This document shows, in pieces, positions 63,982 to 64,000 of a DNA stretch of 64,000 nt (positions are counted from its first letter, which is position 1; every line of letters begins with the position of its first letter). Made by a program: the position numbers and the translations under genes. The DNA is taken from IMG/VR virus record IMGVR_UViG_3300027586_000004, positions 1-64,000 of that record; one strand, given 5' to 3'. Below the pieces are notes generated by a model, which saw only the letters and a program-made list of their open reading frames with translations, was not told the origin of the DNA and ran no database searches. Origin of the DNA: a virus.

Positions 63982-64000
63982 ATCGGACGCGACTAGGTTA

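Noticed and set aside
1-64000. Stop-codon reassignment, as seen in some jumbo phages
   Set aside because: Conserved genes are full length in code 11, and TAA, TAG and TGA all end genes at expected positions.

Overview
A 64-kb segment of a large T4-like (contractile-tailed, probably jumbo) bacteriophage genome read in the standard genetic code. Left part (1-26.6 kb): virion genes, including a Cys/Pro/Ser/Thr-rich gene running off the left edge (absent from the ORF track), a 1634-aa repeat adhesin/fibre, a collagen-like fibre, gp13/gp14-like neck, gp15-like tail terminator, an expanded tail sheath, two tail-tube paralogues, a gp55-like late sigma factor, and a gp26/gp51-like pair joined by a candidate -1 frameshift. 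Middle: DNA metabolism genes (Hjc-type resolvase, SET-domain protein, dUTPase, class I RNR with a mini-intein at the catalytic Cys, Rad50/Mre11, UvsW). Right part: AT-rich glycan-building islands (about 9 glycosyltransferase-like genes, 4 methyltransferase domains and a sugar-activation cluster) partly framed by duplicated segments, a secreted trypsin, a PaaK-like ligase, a short PolA, a second sigma-like gene, HNH and guaC. Best candidates for something new: (i) a ~410-nt highly structured non-coding element next to the thumb-reduced PolA; (ii) a virion-glycosylation system with Ser/Thr-rich substrates and repeat-framed cassettes; (iii) proteins with T4-type capsid-targeting N-termini behind a palindromic TA(T/G)ATA promoter; (iv) the frameshift. 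All family calls are from motif recognition by eye; no database search or folding program was run.
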